From Phoronis australis (Eukaryota; Animalia; Phoronida), in the NCBI GenBank assembly GCA_002633005.1, contig NMRA01000010.1, positions 1,460,982-1,524,981 of the forward strand: a stretch of DNA of 64,000 nt, given 5' to 3'. Shown piece by piece: positions 57,641 through 64,000 of the stretch. Below the pieces are notes generated by a model. The model was not told the DNA's origin, did no database searches, and was given only the letters and a program-made list of their open reading frames with translations. A program made the position numbers and the translations under genes. Position 1 is the first letter of the stretch. Each line of letters opens with the position of its first letter.

Positions 57641-60600
57641 CGAAAGTTTTTAATACCGTAAAAACGTTTGCGTTATTTTTACGAGGAATTGTTAAATTAA
57701 TCGTAATTGGTGTTTTTAAAGTAAAAATGACGCACTGATAGTAAAAACTTTCGCACCCTTACACCCCCGAATCTCCCGATCGTTACATCGTGTTCACTCT
57801 GGCAAATGAACTCTGATGACACGCATGCGCTCGTTCACTCACACACAAAGACAGATTTCAAACAAACATCACGTGTCAATAACATGAGTGTTCGTCTAGA
57901 AAATTTTCTCGAGTTGCGGAGTACGATCTATCGCAGATTTGCCGGATTTAATATGGAGTAAACCCCGACTCCACGGGAACTTAAAAATGTTGGGGACGCT
58001 TTTTTGAAAACCTAAGGAGGACTTCACTGATGTAATTAGCTGATTTGAACCTATATTTTACTCATGATTTCAAGTTAACCTATCGACGATCTCGAGGCAG
58101 CGACGCTTCAGTCAGCGTGTTTTCGCACAGGGATTTTCTGAAAAAAGCTTGTGATTTATTAACAACTAATTTTGATAGCAATGCACTGCAATTTTGTAGA
58201 AACTCTACCATAGGTTATAGATGTGTCAGCGTAAATTTGATGAATTGTAGCTTACGATTTCACCTGTTTCGGAGACCGGGTTTCAACCAAGATTCGAAGG
58301 TGAGCAGACTCAGTCGTCAGTCAAAAGTTACTGCAACGGCATTACTCAAGAACAAGTATTTGTTTAATATTTTGTGTAAAACATACTAATGACTTTGACT
58401 GGGGGGTGAGTCTAGTTAACTCGTACAGTGGGAGTCCGAGGAAAAAATGGTCCGCACAGAGTCTAGATATGGTATCAGAGGTAAAAACTGTCTGTAACAC
58501 GTTTTAAAATCATGACTAGCGGGTGTAGCTCAATCTTGCATAAGGGTACTTTGCCATGGAACTCGTAGCAGATGACAATGAGACAATGTACTACCTTTAA
58601 ATGCAATTACCACACTTTCTGACGATTTTTTCTATGTGAACTGCTCTTGTGAGAACTGCTACAAATGTCTACACACCCCTAACATGTACATGTACTTTTG
58701 CATTAAAATTTATGTTAAAGTTCTGTATATTTTCTGTACTGTACATGTAGTTTGCGTTTGTAGATTTCAAAAATTGTCAGATAATAGCACTTGTGCTAAT
58801 GTTTCATTTTTAAACCTCATCGACTTTAAGTAAAGATTATTTTTACTATAACGAGCTGCTGGTCAGATTTGTGACCTGATTGCAAATAGGAGACTTTGGT
58901 CATCTTGTATCGTAACACGCGACCTGGAATTTCCCACGTAAGCGAGCCCATATCGTGCGAATCCAACCCTTATTTGGTTGTTGCCAAATCAAGATGAATG
59001 CTAACAGAGAACGGCCCTCTTCAATGAGTTGTAAACATGTCGCGGTACAATTCAGAAACGATCTTTGAAGCGTTTTGTTGACTTGTGTTTTCGGAAACTT
59101 TTGCAAGTTTTTGGATACGCCGAAGAAAATTTCGGACCACGGCATACAGATGTAGATATGTGAAAAAACGTCACGGCGACGTGTCATTCTTTAACGATCA
59201 ACTACTTACCAACTTTTTAATGGAAAAAACATTTATTTTTCATGTAAGATGCCCTGATTATTCTATTACAACATCTCCGACGATATCGCACTGCGGCACT
59301 CACGTCGGTCCTGCTGTTTACGCGCAATGGCCCGGCATACGATCGCGACTTGGAAATGCGTCTTGTTTTTATGGTAAGACAGCAGACAAATTCTTAAGCC
59401 CTTCTTTCTGGAACTGAGCACGCGCGTAAGTATGAGTCGCCCGTCACTCACATATGTTGCTGCCAATGTAACATGCACTCCTGCGATTCAAGTGTGGGAA
59501 CTTACGCGTGCACCACTCCAAAGCCGCACATCAAACGAAAACAGCGACAGTCCTAACGAAAATAGTATACCGGCACGACTCTGCACGTTTAAGCTGCCGG
59601 TGCTCCCCAGAACCGCAGTGTTCTATTCTGATGTTTCCGTGACTCGATATTCTCTAGGCCCGATGTTCCATGCCCGTATCCAGCTGTTAGCGACTTTTAT
59701 TCATCTCTTCATAGATCCCCCCACTAGCGCCAATTTACACTCCCCGTCAACGTCGTAGATATTTCAAACTCGAATCTAAGGGGAACTGTGCGACTGAAGC
59801 TGGCCATTGTAGAAACAAAATTATTCCGGGCGGAATTTGCCGCAAGAAATCGTAATAACATCCAATTTCTTATTACCGCACTGAAACATTCACAGAAAGT
59901 ATGCATCTACCGCGGTGAGCGCCTACTGCTCGACTAAGCGTTCCCTTTTTTCAGTTAAGCGCCAGGGCCTAAAACATTCTTTTTCAGTAAATTCTGATCT
60001 ACCCTGAGTATCTTCATGCTTGTGCGTACAGTTATCAAAAATGTATATAGTCTAAAGAACCGCCAGCGATATTGGTGAAATCTGATAACGCCTGTTTGAC
60101 TGACAATAAGCGAAAAATAAAATGCGACTTGTATTTTTTATTACTTCAAGATGATACACAAACATCCAGTAACGCATTGCCAACCTTTTAATTCCGAAAC
60201 TGAGAGGCAGCAGATTCACCCAGTGAGGCACAATGTTCCTTCGGTTGCCACTCATCCTCAATGACCCAGTAATAATACTACTAGTAAGTCGGGCAAATTT
60301 CATCAAAATAGGGAGAATTTGACACCTTTCCGTGACGTATGGAATTTCCGCTTTAAAACCAAAGAGCTTCCCACCTAAATCGAATTGGGAGGTGTTGCCA
60401 AAACCACTGTCACATTTCTCATGCCTGACTTTTTCGAATACATGTACGTGTTTTATCTAGTACACTACCCTCGGAAACTCAGTGCGGCAGACAGGCATCC
60501 ATTCCTGAACCAGCGGAGGTATGCTCCGAAGGTACAAGCCGGCGTGGTTCTTGAAGTTTGTGAATGTGGGGAGCCAATAAAGTGACAAAGCGTTCAAGTA

Positions 60601-62046
60601 TTATATTTTGAAGTAAATCCATAACACTGGAAAATGATTTGTTACACTAATTTGTTACTTGTTGTAATATAATTCCTATTGCCCTGACCTACTTGGAGGC
60701 CGTCCTTGTCGCTAATGGTCAGTTCAAACATCCAAGATTTATTGCGTGGGGGGAATTAAGTGTGAACGTCAGAAATGTCATATGGAGTCAGTTGTCCTAC
60801 TTGTGTCCGTTGGCTAGTATTTTATACCATTCAGATGTCAATTTTAAAAATTTTTGATGATACAGACGGAAGTCACTGTCCTAATTGTGATCACACTACT
60901 TGCAGATAAGTTGAAGTTGCTCTGGCGGCTTTATTACCAATAAACTCTGCTCTGAATGGATTTCAAGGCATGCCTCTAATTCCTCATCTCTTTGAATGCT
61001 TGGCCAATTTAAATAGAAACATAACATAGTCTGGCGATGTGAATATGAAGTAGGCAGCAAATTGCCAATTGGAATGTTTTTACCACCTAGTGTTGCGGCG
61101 AGAATGCTCTTCAAATCACTGAACCGCGTCCAGTAAGTGTCGTGACGTGGTGCTGGTGAATAACATTGCATGATGCACGCCATGTGAGCTCGCGAGGTAC
61201 GTAATTGATGCAGAGATCACCTATTTGCATATTTTTGGTTTTCACATTTATTAGTTGTCAACTGATGAATAGAACTGCATTTTGTTAAGTAGATGATGTT
61301 CAAATAGCATTCGTCGTTCAGTTCCTGCTACAGATTAGCATAGTAAGGAACACGCAAATACATTTTTAGTTTTGGTTTATTATAATTGATCGAGTGCTTT
61401 CGTTCATTGATTCACAGTTGATTGAAAAAATCCGAGACAACACTTCAAAAAATACGCCGACGCATATTATGCATCCAAACACATTTTTATTTTCTGCGTT
61501 TTTATGATCAGATTTCAAAACAACATCTTGTCAACAGAGTGGACTAAATCACGGCCTTCTCTGGTGTCCACGGTAGATGTATAGCTTACAACTACCCCAG
61601 GCTACAGCAATGGTTTTGTCAGTGACAACTGGTATTGGCTACACAGCTTACTCACGACTTGTTATTCTACAGTTCCGGGCCCACTTACTTTACGAGAGGA
61701 CCTAGCACAGTCTTTTATTTTCAAAGTCGCATTGCGACATACTCTTCGAGAATTGCCATTGGGTTTTCAGGTCATTGCGACATATTGCGGTCCACCATCA
61801 TCACCGGATTGTTCCGCACTTTTAATTTTCGTGAAGGGACCTAAGCCGGGCTAGCGAATAAAATGCAACCACCGGTTACTCTTGTCAGTTGAACAGAGGG
61901 AGAGATACTGAAGGTTTCGACAATGTAGCAGACCCTATTTCATGCAAAATTTGGCATCGAAGGCATCCAAGTCAACGAAAATCGACAGGCCCTCACAGAA
62001 TTGTATCCCATGTTTTCACTTTGTTTTTTTCTGATCTCAGACTTAC

Positions 62047-62226
62047 CCGCTGCCTTCTCAACTCTTTGCACAGGTACTGGTACTTTCCAGGAAACGTGTT
62101 CCATCATCCGCCCGAAGTCAATTTCACAATCGAACCCATTTTCAGAAAACTTAACTTTGGATTCTCTCTTTGAGTAAGCCTGCTCAATCTTCAAATTTGA
62201 CATACTCGAATAAAGCGCCCATTCTT
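62047..62226 (-). CDS. Second PARP14-like paralog WWE exon (homolog of 25988-26167); no downstream ART exons found
   Basis: WALYSSMSNLKIEQAYSKRESKVKF...IDF; G|gtaagt donor. Confidence 0.82.
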
Positions 62227-62439
62227 CTGCAAAAAAATATAAAATGGTGTCAATTTGTAACCGCTGTGATGTTTTTAGACCCTAGACCCAGCAGTGCTTA
62301 GAAACAATATCAGTAAAATAACTCGAACAAACTACAGCTTTAGAAATTACCCAGTTGACATATATGTACATTATTGATATACTTTACATGAAAAGTTAAG
62401 CCAGATTGGTAAATTGATCCAGCTAGAAACTGAACATAC

Positions 62440-62653
62440 GATTTTCCTCAAATATCCATTGAACATGTTTTGCTAATAATTCCGCCTGTTCTTCCAAAAT
62501 GTTACGTTGATCTGCTGAATGTAAGATTTGTTTAATTTCGTCTTTAGCCTTTAAAACACATTCCGTTCGTCCTCGAATTCGTATACGGTGGATTCTTTCG
62601 TTCAGGTCAATCCTCACATGATGCTTGAGGTCGATAGCCCTTGCAGTTGCAAT
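62440..62653 (-). CDS. Second PARP14-like paralog exon (homolog of 25582-25801)
   Basis: RIHRIRIRGRTECVLKAKDEI; in-frame 6-nt deletion relative to gene 1. Confidence 0.82.
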
Positions 62654-63168
62654 CTGAAAAGAATTCTTGATTAGTGCCTTTCAAAAGAGTGCCCAATAAC
62701 TCGAGATAGCCGTTTTCGTTAAAAAGAGGTTGACTTGCCAGTAGACTATAGTAACGAAACAGGACGCAGTGTGGCCTTATGGATTAAGTGCCAGTTTTCT
62801 TTACCTAAGGTTTTGGGTTCGCTTCACACTGAAGCACATTGGCACTTCTCTAGCTTGAAGGTCAATGTTTATCATTTATCAATAAAGTATTTAAATGTTT
62901 CAGGGAATCAGGGAAATGGGCCCACCTGAGCTGTCTGCGTACGTCTAGTACGTGTACCAGTAAAACTGCATGCAGCTTTTATTGTAAGGAAAGGTTACAG
63001 TTTCGAAACAATCCAATTGTTTATAATGACAATGACTAGTGAGAGATTTCTTAACATAGCTACTGTTATCGTGACTATAAGGCCACTTTTGAATATTCAA
63101 ATTCTCAGTAAGGTTTACCGTTGTTATTAAAACATATAATAAATTATGTTCTCCGTAAACACACCAAC

Positions 63169-63395
63169 CTCGTCTTTAGTGAGCAAACGTATGGCTGCGT
63201 ATTCCTTGTCCAGACTTCCATCCATAACTACGTCACACAGCTCGTCTTTGCACAACTTTTTGATTTCTTCAATCGCTTTTGTAATGTCACTGTCCTTGCT
63301 CCCGAATATTCTTATATTGGTTTCCAACAATTGAGGAGTAGAATGGGGTACACCCTCTTCGTCGTCATCAGAACCAACTGTGGAGGTCCACGCCC
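63169..63395 (-). CDS. Second PARP14-like paralog, KH-like exon (homolog of 24833-25062)
   Basis: IRIFGSKDSDITKAIEEIKKLCKDELCDVVMDGSL; same splice sites and phases. Confidence 0.82.
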
Positions 63396-64000
63396 CTATC
63401 AAGGAAAGAACATACACTGTAAAATGTAGGCTGTTTGAGACTTTAGGGTTAGAGAGTCAACACACGGTGGAAATGGGCCATACGATTATCTTTGGATCAG
63501 TGCTCATAAATTCGCAGAAAAAAAGATTATCACCTTGGCGACTTTAACAGTTTTGAATTTCAATTTATTATGAAGTGTTTATAATCAATAGCCCGGATTT
63601 AAAGATCGCTGCGGTTTCCGGGCATAGTTTTATTTCATTATTTTATTGTGTAAATTATTAAAAATGTTTAAAGCGAATGATCACAAAGATTGTTCAGCCC
63701 AATATATGAACAATCTGAACAGACAGAAAAACAGCCCCACACAATCAAAAATAAGGCTGAAAAAATGGGGTGTAAAAATAAACGAACTAGATGAATCGGC
63801 CTACAAGAAAAATGTCAAATTTTTTCCACCAATTATTTCCTCAAAAGCAAATGTAATACAAAGAAGTTGAAAGTTTTATCAGTTTCTGTTACACAATGCT
63901 TGCACATTCATATTACCTACCTCGAGAGGCAAAAGTTACCAATTCGGTGGTCTTTTTGAACAGTTTTCAAGCTACAAACTTCACACATTTTTGGGGGCCC

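Noticed and set aside
60896-61183. 95-aa minus-strand ORF as a downstream exon of the paralog
   Set aside because: No similarity to PARP or other recognisable domains, and no convincing splice sites.

Overview
AT-rich, intron-rich animal (probably marine invertebrate) genomic DNA containing an ADP-ribosylation/ubiquitin gene cluster. (1) Plus strand, 71-29361: a PARP14-like mono-ADP-ribosyltransferase whose start lies left of the window. It has 21 frame-consistent GT-AG exons (>=1990 aa): >=5-6 RRM-like repeats, a KH-like region, 3 macrodomains, KH, WWE and an ART domain with an H-Y-I triad. (2) Minus strand, 52707-35493, convergent with gene 1: a complete 7-exon DTX3L-like E3 ligase of about 1920 aa. 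It carries two tandem macrodomains in the same polypeptide directly upstream of its RING-DTC module, so it resembles a single-chain version of the vertebrate PARP9/DTX3L heterodimer. This is the main finding. (3) Minus strand, 63395-62047: three exons (KH-WWE) of an inverted PARP14 paralog. I could not find its catalytic exons, and its last donor is phase-compatible with the DTX gene downstream. Introns hold many transposon relics: an Academ element with a nested Helentron-like repeat and an RT-deleted LINE, a Kolobok/THAP element, a second THAP TIR element, MITEs, palindromes, and repeats with CTCF-like motifs. There is one 460-nt N gap. Exon boundaries were read by eye from splice sites and frame continuity; domain calls rest on motif recognition, not database searches.
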